This document shows, one piece after another, positions 9,604 to 20,925 of a DNA stretch of 64,000 nucleotides. The notes under the pieces were generated by a model. It ran no database searches, was not told the origin of the DNA, and was given only the letters and a program-made list of their open reading frames with translations. Numbering within the stretch: position 1 is the stretch's first letter; each line of letters starts with the position of its first letter. Source of the DNA: Octopus sinensis (Eukaryota); contig NC_043011.1 of NCBI RefSeq assembly GCF_006345805.1, positions 55,130,464 through 55,194,463 on the forward strand, read 5' to 3'. The position numbers were made by a program, and so were the translations under genes.

Positions 9604-11158
9604 CTGGAAATTTAAAATTAAAAACTTCTTTGGCTTCGAATTAGCCATTGGTATAAGAAGAAGAATAATGGTTGGCAGTAATATTCTGTTATTATTTTTT
9701 CTTTCTTTTTCCTTTTTCGATTTATTCTGCTTTAAGCACGGGCGATCTTTCGTTTGTAGTAGCACGTTTCCGTCGATGATTTCCGTAAAAAACTTTTATT
9801 TTTTTACATATGGGCTTGCGGGAACATTTGAAGTAATGAGAGCAAAAGAGACTAAGAGGAAGCGATTTTATGACGAGGGAATTTCTTTTGAAGTTACCGA
9901 AGCACATATACACGTTACTCCGTTTCGTCTATATTATTACTGGTATTGTTGCTGATAGAGACGGTGATGTTGTTGGTAGTGATGGTAATGATGATGATGA
10001 TGTTAGTTGTGCTGTGGATTAACTTCAGGTCATCCCTGAATGAGCAGACCTTGGACCAAAAGCCTTTCAACCATAGCCAATTCGTCCTTTTATATATCTT
10101 GGACTACACTAGATAATGTGTCCTTCCTTTTCTTTTCCTTTGTGACGGTAGAGAATTTGGCCGCTGTTTCTAGCAGGTTGGTGACTGGTTCGCTTGCTAT
10201 TAGTGTTGTTGGTCGTGATTGTAAATGGTTATTGATGGGGTTGGTGCTAGTCTTCTAAGTGGTGGCGGTCGGCATTGGTGTTGTTGACGATGTGGTGTAG
10301 TCAGTATTATTGGTGCTCTTAACGCTGTTGTTGTATGGGTGATTGTTGTTGTTTTTGATAGTTTTTGGTGTTGGTGATGGTGGTGGTGGTGGCGGTCGTC
10401 GTCGTGGAGTTATTAGCAGTGTTGTTAATGAATGATATTCGTGTTGTGCCATCCACGTCCGATTAATTAATTGTGGATCCCAAGTGATTCTATTGTTTTT
10501 ATTCCTAACAAGCGGTTGCTTGGTCAGATCGTCTGCCAAAGACAGTAACGGGATGACATGAAATGCCTTCAAATGTGCACCTCAGCCAGTAAATGACGCC
10601 CCAAAAAAGATGCCTCCGGCTTCTCTTGACTCACTTTATATTTGGTCGGATGGTTTATACAGGAATCTCGTTAACTTTTCTTTTTTTTTTAACTTATAGA
10701 AATAAATAAAGAATAACAAGCAGGCAAACAGACAAACCTGAATATAGTCAAAATACAATGAATACTTCACTCATACAAAACGAAAATAATACCCCAAACT
10801 TTACATGAATAAAAAAAATGGATAAAAAATAGGAGGAGTTGAAAAAGGAATATTTAATTACTTCGTAAGTAATTAAAGAAAATTAATAATAATATAGATC
10901 CGCCAGCAAGAAAAAAATCATTTAATGTATCCTTATTTTATATTTATTTAAAACAACAGAAATTGTTATTTTTTTTATAACGCTCAACATTTAGAAACTA
11001 TTCAAATATAATATAATATCATATGATATAATAAATATATAATAAATATATTATAATATCCCAGCAATAAAAAAAAAGAAGCGGAAACGCAAATACTTTC
11101 TTTTATTATAGCAATCTTTCATTTTATGATCTAGAAAGTGAAAGTAATGAAGTCAGTA

Positions 11159-11413
11159 AAAAAAATATATAAATACGCCCTTTTAAAGCCTAGCCACTCT
11201 CATGGGCCCGGTTTCCTTGGCGTATGTGTTTCCCAGCTGGACGGAACGCCAGTCCATCGCAGCGTTACTCATTTTTGCCAGCTGAGTGGACTGGAGCAAC
11301 GTGAAATGAAGTGTTTTGCTCAAGAACACAACGCGTCGCCCGGTCCAGGAATTGAAACCACAATCTTACGATCGTGATGCTGTCACCCTAACCACTAAGC
11401 CACGCGCCTCCAC
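11159..11413 (-). mobile_element. tRNA-derived SINE (fourth family) with 13-bp TSD
   Basis: Minus-strand head gtggaggcgcgtggcttagtggttaggg...ggtttcaattcc; TSD aatgaagtcagta at 11146-11158 and 11414-11426. Confidence 0.88.
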
Positions 11414-11625
11414 AATGAAGTCAGTAGAGATTGTAATTTGCCAGAAACTTTGCAGAGATACCAAAAGTGAAAGAATTGTTTTTCTTTGAAATGAAATAAA
11501 AGTTATACAAACCTGATGTTACAAAATGGTTATTGTAAAATTTGATTGTTTGTATATTGCTTTTGATTATTTTTTAAATAATTTCTTTAAAAAGAAACTA
11601 AAATATACAAATTAGACAGGATAAT

Positions 11626-11730
11626 ACGATGGTGTGCTGAAAAGTTCCTGGCTTTAAAGTATCGCGAAAGGCTAGATTAAAGGCTCAACCTTCCGAGTTA
11701 TTTTACAGGCTTAGAAAAACTTTACTTTTT
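11626..11730 (+). mobile_element. Mariner-like non-autonomous element fragment
   Basis: tacgatggtgtgctgaaaagttcctggcttt terminus shared with 46076-46290. Confidence 0.55.
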
Positions 11731-11774
11731 ACCTTTCTCGAAGTAGCAAACGTCAAAATGACTTCAATTCCGAG

Positions 11775-11968
11775 CTCGTTACGTTCCGAGTTCAAACGTT
11801 ACGTTCCGAGTTCAAATTTCGCCGAGGTCGACTTTGCTTTTCATCCTTTCAGGGTCGATAAATTAAGTACCAGTTACGCACTGGGGTCGATGTAATCGAC
11901 TTAATCCCTTTGTTTGTCCTTGTTTGTCCCGTCTGTGTTTAGCCACTTGTGGGTCGTAAAGAAATAAA
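11775..11968 (+). mobile_element. SINE family B, 5'-truncated
   Basis: Family B body and tail. Confidence 0.85.
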
Positions 11969-12690
11969 TATGATACAAGGTGTTGTTGGCACAAAAGAAA
12001 ACAAGATTCCAAAGCTTTTGCAAACTAGATGGTTGTCGCGTGAAAATGTAATTAACGTTAAGATAGAACAATGGGATGCCCTTGTATTTTATTTTCAGTC
12101 AGAGGCTAAAGTAGAAAAAGTGGAGGGAGCAAAAAGGATCTATGAAACAATGATTAACAAAGGGACGAAGCACGTGCTGGTCTTCTTACATTGTAGATTA
12201 AAGAAAGTAAATGCTATTAATGTCGTGTTTCAATCGGAACACTTTTGACTGTTTCTGTTGCATACACTCGTATCCAGTGAATATAAAAAAGAATGTTTTA
12301 GCTGTATCTAAATTATCAGATATTGATCTTAATAACACAACAAATCACAAAGCTATGAGTGATATTTACCTCGGTGGACGCGCAATGAGATATCTAGAAC
12401 AAAACCCCATCGTCGGTGACTCAGCTAGATTCAAAACTGATTGCAAAAACTTTTTAATGGAATTACGCTCTCAAATAAAAATGCGCTTTCCTCTCGATGA
12501 AGCTGGAGTGTTTGCCTTCTTAGAAATACTTGATCCAAAAGTAGCGCGCGATCTCACTCACTCTCCTCAGTCGATAATTCCCTTGGCATCAAACTTTTCA
12601 GCAATTGCACCAGAAAACATACGTGATGAACTAGACGATGAGTGGAGACTGTTTCGGCAATCTAAAAATATTCCTGAGATGTACTTGCAT
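11969..12690 (+). mobile_element. hAT-superfamily transposase remnant (ZNF862-like), frameshifted
   Basis: KIPKLLQTRWLSRENVINVKIEQWDALVFYF...INVVFQSE and DIYLGG...FKTDCKNFLMELRSQIKMRFP...ELDDEWR: the hAT TRWLS motif and C-terminal region. Confidence 0.8.
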
Positions 12691-12691
12691 A

Positions 12692-13025
12692 GCGAGTGAC
12701 TTGATCTGAGATCGTGTGCCGGAACGAAAACAATTGCAGCGTGGAAGGTGTTTATATGCCATTTAAGAAACACACAAAAACCGTCAGATTCACTTCAACA
12801 TTTGAATTTAATTTGTCGAAATATTTTCGTCGCTTTGAGACCGCTTTGAGACCGCGACCTGTTCACTGACAAAAGTTTTGTCAGCGACGAAAATATTTTG
12901 ACAAATTAGATTTAAATATTGAAGTGAATCTAACGGTTTTTATGTGTTTCTTAAATGGCTTATAAACACCTTCCACGCTGCAATTGCTTTCGTTTCAGCA
13001 CACGATCTCAGATCAAGTCACTTGC
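12692..13025. mobile_element. Foldback MITE with about 140-bp inverted arms
   Basis: gcgagtgacttgatctgagatcgtgtg...ttcgtcgct (12692-12834) is the reverse complement of agcgacgaa...cacacgatctcagatcaagtcacttgc (12882-13025). Confidence 0.9.
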
Positions 13026-13029
13026 AAAA

Positions 13030-13340
13030 TGATCAGTTGAGCAAAAACCGTTATTATATCAGTTTCATTGTTGATATTGTTCATTTTCTTTGTGCACACG
13101 AATTGCCTTTTCGATGAAACGAAATGAAGCTTTTCAGGATCTTTATTCGGAAGATGACACGCAGCCTTGTGGTCTTTTTATAAAATTATTCCAGTACACA
13201 TCAGAGAAAGACTCAAAGCTAATGGAATGTTACAGCACGATTCCAAAACATGCGACCTACACCTCAGCAGCAATGCAAAACGAAATCATCGAATTGTTGA
13301 GAAGACCCACTGTCAGCCTCGTGATCGATGTTATTTGAAA
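13030..13340 (+). mobile_element. hAT transposase N-terminal remnant (DUF4371/ZMYM1-like)
   Basis: GLFIKLFQY...IPKHATYTSAAMQNEIIELL resembles the NATYTSxxIQNEII motif. Confidence 0.7.
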
Positions 13341-13361
13341 TTATATAAAAATAATGTTTAA

Positions 13362-13765
13362 AGATTTGGCTGTGAATAGAAAAGAAAGAGCATGCATGAT
13401 AATCGACATAGCATACCCCGGTGACAACAAGATCCATGTGAAAGAAGAAGAAGAAGAAGAAGAAGAAGAAGAAAATAAACAACCATGACGATTTGAAGTG
13501 GGGTATACGAAGGTTGTGGTCAATGAAGAGAGTAGACGTGATACCAAAAGTAATTGGCGCAGTTGGAAGTATCAGCACTCAACTACCAACATGGCTGAAA
13601 AAGATCGGTGCAAGTGTGAAGGTAGAACACCTACAAAAATCAGCATTGCTTGGAACTGCAAAAATTCTTCGCAGGTTTCTTGAAGCATGACCAGTATACA
13701 AATGTCACTTTAGTCTTCTAACACTTTCCATCATACCCAGCAAAATAAGCTGTGAGTTCTCATCA
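13362..13765 (+). mobile_element. R4/Dong-type non-LTR retrotransposon 3' end (restriction-like endonuclease region)
   Basis: CMIIDIAYPGDNKIHVKE(n)KINNHDDLKWGIRRLW...VIGAVG...LQKSALLGTAKILRRFL*; ends at a (TAA)n array. Confidence 0.78.
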
Positions 13766-13843
<78 letters not shown>

Positions 13844-13872
13844 GGTGGTGGTGGTGGTGGTGGTGGTGGTGG

Positions 13873-13933
<61 letters not shown>

Positions 13934-13934
13934 A
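13765..13934. repeat. Compound trinucleotide microsatellite (TAA)n(TGA)n(TGG)n(TGA)n
   Basis: Read directly from the sequence. Confidence 0.97.
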
Positions 13935-14380
13935 TGGGCTACAGCAAATATTCTGCTCAATACCAGTTGACTTTAACCAGTTGAGCATGTCCCTTAGTGG
14001 CTGACGATATGTGCATCTCTGATCACGAGCAGAAGTAGTGGGGTAGTATCATAGCCATGTGTTGAGAGGGATTCTTTGGAGTTTGAATAATTCACCTCTG
14101 GAAACATGGGTGGTTCTTTCAGCATCCTTAAAGAACCCTTATTCGAGGACCTTTTGAGCGGGATGGGCTACTCAACCTGAAGAAAATTCTAACTGGGCCC
14201 CACCTGCAAGGTCATGTGCTGTTTATCTTTTTATGAGATCACCATGACGCGCACATATGGTTGTGATGCATGTGCCTGGTGTACCCTTATCAGACGGGTA
14301 GTCATGATGGGTATATTGGGATTCGTATATTTTACCCCAGTGTCACTTTGATGGGATTGAACTGCTCTCTCACTCAATAA
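13935..14380. repeat. Dispersed repeat family E (second copy at 27373-27737)
   Basis: gggctacagcaaatattctgctcaatacca...catgtcccttagtggctgacgatatgtgcatctctgatcacgagcagaagtagtgggg is shared with 27460-27600. Confidence 0.8.
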
Positions 14381-14429
14381 TAATAATAGAATGCCCTAAT
14401 ACAGCAATAATAATAAAATGCCTGAGGGA

Positions 14430-14782
14430 ATAATCGATTACAACGACCCAAGTGTTTCACTGGTACTTAATTTATCGACCCCGAGAGGATGAAAGGCGGA
14501 ATTTGAACTCAGAACGTAGCGACGGCCGAAATACATATTTCTTTACTACCCACAAGGGGCTAAACACAGAGGACAAACAAGGACAGACAAAGGGATTAAG
14601 TCGATTATATCGACCCCAGTGCGTAACTGGTACTTATTTAACCGACCCACGAAAGGATGAAAAACAAAGTCGACCTCGGCGGAATTTGAACTCAGAACGT
14701 AGCGGCAGACGAAATACCACTAACCATTTCACCCGGCGTGCTAACGATTCTGCCAGCTCACCGCCTTAATAATAATAATAAC

Positions 14783-14827
<45 letters not shown>

Positions 14828-15040
14828 CCTTTCTACTCTAGGCACAAAGCCTGAAATTTCGGGGGAGGGGGTAAGTCGATTACATCGACTCCAGTACTCA
14901 ACTGGTACTTGTTTTATCGACCCTTGAAAGGATGGATGAAAAGTAAAAATCGACCTCGGCGGAATTTGAACTCAGACTGTAAAGACGGACGAAATGCCGC
15001 TGAGCATTTCATCCGGCGTGCTAATGATTCTGCCAGCTGA
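14430..15040 (-). mobile_element. Cluster of SINE family B copies separated by (TAA)n
   Basis: Reverse-complement family B heads end at about 14767 and about 15038; followed by (GAA)n at 15050-15130. Confidence 0.85.
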
Positions 15041-16191
15041 TTTACCTTAAAGAAGAAGAAGAAGAAGAAGAAGAAGAAGAAGAAGAAGAAGAAGAAGAAG
15101 AAGAAGAAGAAGAAGAACAAGAAGAAGAAGAACAAGAACAACAAGAACAACAACAACAATAAGAATACTTAATAGAAACTTGAAGTTTCTTAACCTCTAA
15201 TGAACTTGTCGGTTCCTAAGTAAAGTCTATACGAAAGAAAACAAAGAGAAAAAAACTCCTTCAAAACTTCATCAAATGCAAAGGTCGTCGTCTGCTCTGA
15301 CAACTAATTTCACGACTCCAGTTTAATATCTTGTGATGTGAATACACATTGTTTAGTAAATGACTTACATTTCAAGCGGTTGTCTACTTCTGGACACCAT
15401 TCTCTGAATTTAATAAGTCATATGACGATCTCATGAAAAGACAACAAAATTAGTTTAAATTTTTCTTCTTTTTTTTTTTTACATTCTAACTGGAAAGATT
15501 ACAAGCTTCCACGTTTAATCTAATCATTGTATTTTGTATATTGTTACCGAAGTGGGCAGACATCATATTCTATTGTGTTGAGGGGAGAGAAAAGGCGAAG
15601 ACCTTGACAAAGTTTCATGTTTGTACAAGGAAAAAAGAGAAAAAATAATTTTCCGATGGCAACAACTTCTCAAATAATGTTTCAAAAGGGAATATTTTGT
15701 ATTATCTTTCATGCAGCAAAACGCCAAAAAAAAAAAAAAGAAATTAGTTTTGACACTAAAAGCAGGAGACTAAACCTCGCAAAAACCACCGAATAAAACA
15801 ATCTCCATAGATTTCCTACAAATCAGTTTTTAAAAGACTCGGATTAAGACAACACAATCGGTGACGATCGCGGATCAAGGTCAGTAAATGAAGACAAAAG
15901 TAATTGGAACTTATCGATATAACTCCTGGCAGTTCTTCCATCGTTTCAGTTATTGTGTCGTTATACAAAAATATCGATTTATTTTCGACAAGCTACAAGA
16001 TTTCAATAGTTTTAGACGATAGGCAAATGCGAAAATGGCGTCGAATAGCTTTTAGTAAAGCATCGTCAATGAAACAACCCAGTTTGAGATTACCTGGGAT
16101 TAATATGTTAAAATGTTAAAATATGGCGATAATGGATTAAAACTAGCTTCATGCAAAAAGTTCTCCTATCCTTTACAGTGTTATCTTAAGA

Positions 16192-16688
16192 CTAGCAGTA
16201 TCGCCCGGCGTTGCTCAGGTTTGTTTCAACCCGCTGGAATTGGAATTTTTGAACAGTAAAAATTTTGCATTATGTAGCTTATTATTCTCTTCAAGTGAAC
16301 ATTTTCTGGTTGAAATACACCGAAAAGTGGCGACACAGCAGTGAATACTACCAAAAGTTAGCGACAGATGTCTGTTGCCTTTTTTTGGGGGGGGATTGGT
16401 TTAAGCATTAATAAGAGAAAGTAGCAGAATGTGTGATCTGTAGGAGAAAGTGTGGCAATAGCAGGAGTAAAGCATTTGAAATGAGAGAGGCAAATCGTAA
16501 AATATTGAGTTTTCTCGAATTTTTGCTGAATTGGTGGTGAAATTGAAAAAATGTATATGCCATGATCCAATCGAATCTACTTCGAAAAATCATAGGTAAA
16601 TTCCAATTGAAGAAATTCTATATTGTACAATTGTATTAAAAACAAACTATGTGGGAAGCAGAGAAAATCTGCCTTTTATCATAAGAGA
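16192..16688 (-). mobile_element. Non-autonomous Helitron
   Basis: Minus strand starts A^TCTCTTATGATAAAAG and ends cctgagcaacgccgggcgatactgCTAG^T: 5' TC, subterminal GC hairpin, 3' CTAG, inserted in an AT dinucleotide. Confidence 0.75.
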
Positions 16689-16860
16689 TGTGCGTACATT
16701 GAGCAGTTGTATTGGGATGGGAATGCGATACAAGTCCAGGAGTCTAATGCTAATCTATCAAAGTTGCGATTGTATATGAAAGAACCCACTGCTAAAGCCG
16801 TCCTAACGCTATGAATCAAAATACTATAACCATAATGAAAAATTTAACAGTTCTAGTAAT

Positions 16861-17409
16861 TATTTACATTTGACGGATATTTGTCCTCATCTTGTTAAGA
16901 CAACATTTTGGCTGATATACCCTCCAACCTTCATCAGGTGTCTTGGGGAAATTTCGAACCTGGGTTCTTATTCCTAAGACATTTTTCGATGTTATTATTA
17001 TTATTATTCGAGAGGAATCGAACTCGGAATTTTGGGGTTAGTAGCCCCGCGATCTTAACCACTATGCCATATGCCCACAGGCAATCATGGATTGAATTTT
17101 AGGGCTTATAAATCTAATATTTTCCTATCCTTTCTTAATACCGGTTCCCATATGCTACTCATGCCTGCATTCGGTCTGCTTAGGAGGTTGTTGTGTCCTA
17201 GCATATGTGCTGCTTCTTTTAGTTTTTGTATTTTCCAGGGGTATCCTCTATTATTTTAACTTTATCCCACAGGGGGGAGGTAGTCTCCATTTTTTTGATG
17301 AAGGCTGGAGGGTACATCAGCCAAAACTCTGTGTTAACAACAAACAAAATGAGGACAAATATCTGTCAAATGTAAATAATGTACATAATTCCTCATCTCT
17401 TAAATATAG
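16861..17409. mobile_element. Penelope-like element remnant with inverted terminal repeats and 15-bp TSD
   Basis: TSD aacagttctagtaat at 16846-16860 and 17410-17424; about 85-bp inverted repeat (16861-16947 vs 17297-17382); internal minus-strand KLKEAAHMLGHNNLLSRPNAGMSSIWEPVL resembles the Penelope GIY-YIG endonuclease C-terminus. Confidence 0.7.
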
Positions 17410-17811
17410 AACAGTTCTAGTAATACCTAAAAAAGCTTATGACCGTATCTTTACGACCTTTCCAGCATCTAAGCTCCGTGTACACGCTTAAAGCCAAGAT
17501 CTCTACTATTTCATTTCTCTTAAAGAACTTCCGACATATTTTATCTCCGGACAACAGACGACTCGTTAACAATGGATATTATTGATCATTAACGCCCACA
17601 GTGCCTATCATTTATATTCGTTTGCTTTTTTTTTATCGGAAAAGGTTCATTGTTTTTGCTAAAATAGCTCCCTGTGCAATTCTAGATCCTGGAATCACCA
17701 AAGCAAGAATTTTGTTTCTTATTTTCTCAACACGAAAAAGAAATGTTTCTTCATTAATGAACGATAGAGAACTGAAAATAAAGAATGCGCTCAGAAAAAA
17801 AACACTCAGAT

Positions 17812-17922
<111 letters not shown>

Positions 17923-18089
17923 ACATACATGTACAATACTATGACAAAGACGTGACATATACATTAAACATTCACACGCACTTCTGATAACGAATGCACG
18001 TACACAATATAACACATAAGCGTACACCATTTTCCAAATGACCACCTTTTAACGTACAATTGAACTTTAAGGAAAATGTCTTTACTTAC

Positions 18090-18107
18090 AAAACATATCT
18101 GGAGCAT
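18090..18107 (-). CDS. Candidate first coding (micro)exon of the AA15-like gene: MLQICF
   Basis: aatttctctacag|ATG CTC CAG ATA TGT TTT|gtaagt; the phase-0 donor fits the phase-0 acceptor at 9603 and gives the 23-aa signal peptide MLQICFSLSALVILGFLVNSINS. No transcript evidence; an unspliced in-frame ATG at 9648 is the alternative. Confidence 0.55.
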
Positions 18108-18223
18108 CTGTAGAGAAATTGCTGCTTCTGTTTATCTTGTGGAATTTTTAAATTATGATTCACGTTTGATTTGAAAATCACAAAGAAATGTTCACGTTTA
18201 CCCCGCCCCTCCATCTCTATTTA

Positions 18224-18525
<302 letters not shown>

Positions 18526-18809
18526 TTTCACTTCAGAAAATATTCCTCATTCCTTTAGGTGTTGTTTCTTCATAAAATTCAATTTCCACATAATTATTGT
18601 GGTTGACATTTTGAGGGTAAAACTGTTTTTAATTTTCTTTTTCATATAAAAGAAAATATAAAAAGGGAGTTTGTTTCTCGGAATGAAGGACTTACAAGGT
18701 AGTTTGAGCTAAACACGACAGTTTGCATAAATGAAAAAGAAAACAATATACCAACGAAACATTAAAGTATTTTTTTAAAAGAAAACAAAATATCAACTAT
18801 ATTATGGTT

Positions 18810-19460
18810 GGGAGATAATTTTACTCAAAGTAGCCGCCCTCAGCATCCATCATGTTCTCAAGACAGCTCTGGAATTTGGCGAATACATTCCTCACTGTGT
18901 CCTTGGGAAAATCTTTTGAACACCTCATTGACCTCGACCATCAGTTTGGCTGTCAGAATTTTCCCTTACGTCTTTGTACGAGTGGTAGTGAAGCTCCTCG
19001 TTCAAGCCCCGCTTCATGACGGTGATTCCAACACTCATCACTCTCACCAAAGCCCGCATTCCTTTGCTCAGATTCTCCATCCCTTCTGCAGTTGTTGGAT
19101 GAATTCCAGCGTACGAACGCAGTCAGAACGTCTGCTGTGTCCTTTCCTGCTGTCCACGGCTTCGTAGTCTCCGTTGCAGATGTCGTCCATGTCACGTGTT
19201 ACAGCTTTACAGCGTTCGCAAAGTATTGAGCAGCAGCCATGATGTCGGCATTTTGAAAGCTGGCGTGAATCAGCATGGTAGAGGAAACTCTCTTCCAATA
19301 TTCAAATGGGTTCCAATCCTCTCTGTTAGCTAACTTTGTTTCAACTGCAACTTTTAAGTTTTATGTTCCCCAACGCTTTATGTTGCTTTAAGCTTTATGT
19401 TCACCAGCTGTTCCTGAAGAAGACATGAAAAATCGTCAAATTTAGCCCGAACACCCTGTA
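18810..19460 (-). mobile_element. Internally deleted Tc1/mariner-superfamily transposon
   Basis: TA-cagggtgttcgggctaaatttgac terminus at about 19459; transposase N-terminal piece RKGHSRRSDCVRTLEFIQQLQ and C-terminal piece MMDAEGGYFE*. Confidence 0.65.
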
Positions 19461-19799
19461 TTAACTCTTGCGCGGTGAGGACGCTGCTCTATTCCATCTC
19501 CAAATGCAAGAATCGATGTCTCACCAAGCAGTGAAGAAGCTCTGGAGGTCTCTCAGTCCTTTCCACCGCGGCACCAGAGCTGCCGGAGGTTATCTACCAA
19601 TGAAAGTGACAATACTCTCGCACATCATTAACTTTGTGGAGTCAGATGTTGCGACTTTGAGGTAGATGTTGCTACCTTCCTCTCTTTTGAACCAGATGTA
19701 ACGGCGTCCCATAGTTTCTGGTAACATCTTTTCTTTCCTTCGTAAGTAGTCCAAACTTCCTGAGCATCGAATGATGCTTGCATCTCTCCTGACACATGG

Positions 19800-20328
19800 G
19801 AAGGTATAGCTATTTATCGTAGCTGGTGGGGAAGGATTGTGCACGAGGGGACAGCCACTTTTGAGAAATCTCGAGTTGCACATGAGAAAGTAAGGAGGGA
19901 TGTCAGGAAGGGCATCGCCGTTCCACTTCCAGATGGGAAAGGTCTTCCTTTGATTCTGACATGCAATGTCTGTGCAAGACCCTGCCTCAGTAAAGCTGGA
20001 CTCGAGAGTCATCTTCGTAGTCATAAAGCGAGACAGATGATAACAACCTGGCCACTGGTGGTGGTGTAACACACCATACTAATCATATCTGTCGGGCATG
20101 TGGAAGAGAATGTAATTCGGCAGGAGGACTTAAACGACATGCAAAGGTACATGAAACCCAGTTACAACTACAGCCGGCTATTACCGGTAAAGGTTTTAGT
20201 TGCCAATTCTGAACAAGACATTGTTGATCTTTAGCTGGGCTAAAAAGTCACATTCGATCACAGCACCAATAACAGTTAAGCTTCGTGCAATGGCCATACT
20301 CGATAACGAGGGGGCAGCCATAATAATA
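19800..20328 (+). mobile_element. RTE-clade LINE 3' end with tandem C2H2 zinc fingers
   Basis: HEGTATFEKSRVAHEKVRRDVRKG...CNVCARPCLSKAGLESHLRSH, then CRACGRECNSAGGLKRHAKVH and a decayed third finger (...SLAGLKSHIRSQH); (TAA)n tail. Confidence 0.65.
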
Positions 20329-20925
20329 ATGTATGTATGTATTTATGTATGTATGTATGTATTTATGTATGTATGTATGCATGCATGTATGTATGTATGT
20401 ATGTGTGTATGTATGCATGTATGCACGTATGCATGTATGTATGTATGCATGTATGTATGTATGCATGCATATATGTACGTGTGTATGTATGTATGAATGC
20501 ATGTATATATGTATGTATGTATGCATGCATGTATGTATGTATGTATGCATGCAGGCATGTATGTTTGCATGTATGTATGTATGCATGTAAGTATGCATGC
20601 ATGAATGTATGTATGTATGTATGTATGTATGCATGTATGTATGCATGTATGTATGCATGTATGCATGTATGTATGCATGTATGTATGTATGTATTCCTAC
20701 ATGTATGTATGTATGTATGTGCGTCTGCATATATATGCATTCATAAATAAAAATATGTATGCATGTATGCCTGAACGTATGTATGTAAGTTTACATGCAT
20801 GGCAGAATGTACGTATGCATGTATATATATGAATGTAAGCTTTAGATATGCATGCATAAAGGTATGTCTACATGCAAGTATATATATATGTATGCAAGTA
20901 TATATATTCGTATGAATGTATGTGT
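20329..20925. repeat. Degenerate (TATG)n microsatellite
   Basis: Read directly from the sequence. Confidence 0.95.

Noticed and set aside
10255-10572. Pro/Thr/Asn-rich minus-strand ORF as an exon of the LPMO-like gene
   Set aside because: Degenerate trinucleotide repeats, no convincing splice sites, and no room for it in the signal peptide.
15370-15404. Alternative start exon cag|agaATGGTG...GAAAT|gtaagt on the minus strand
   Set aside because: Ends in phase 2 from its ATG and has a stop in the phase-0 frame, so it does not fit the phase-0 acceptor at 9603; at most a non-coding or cryptic exon.
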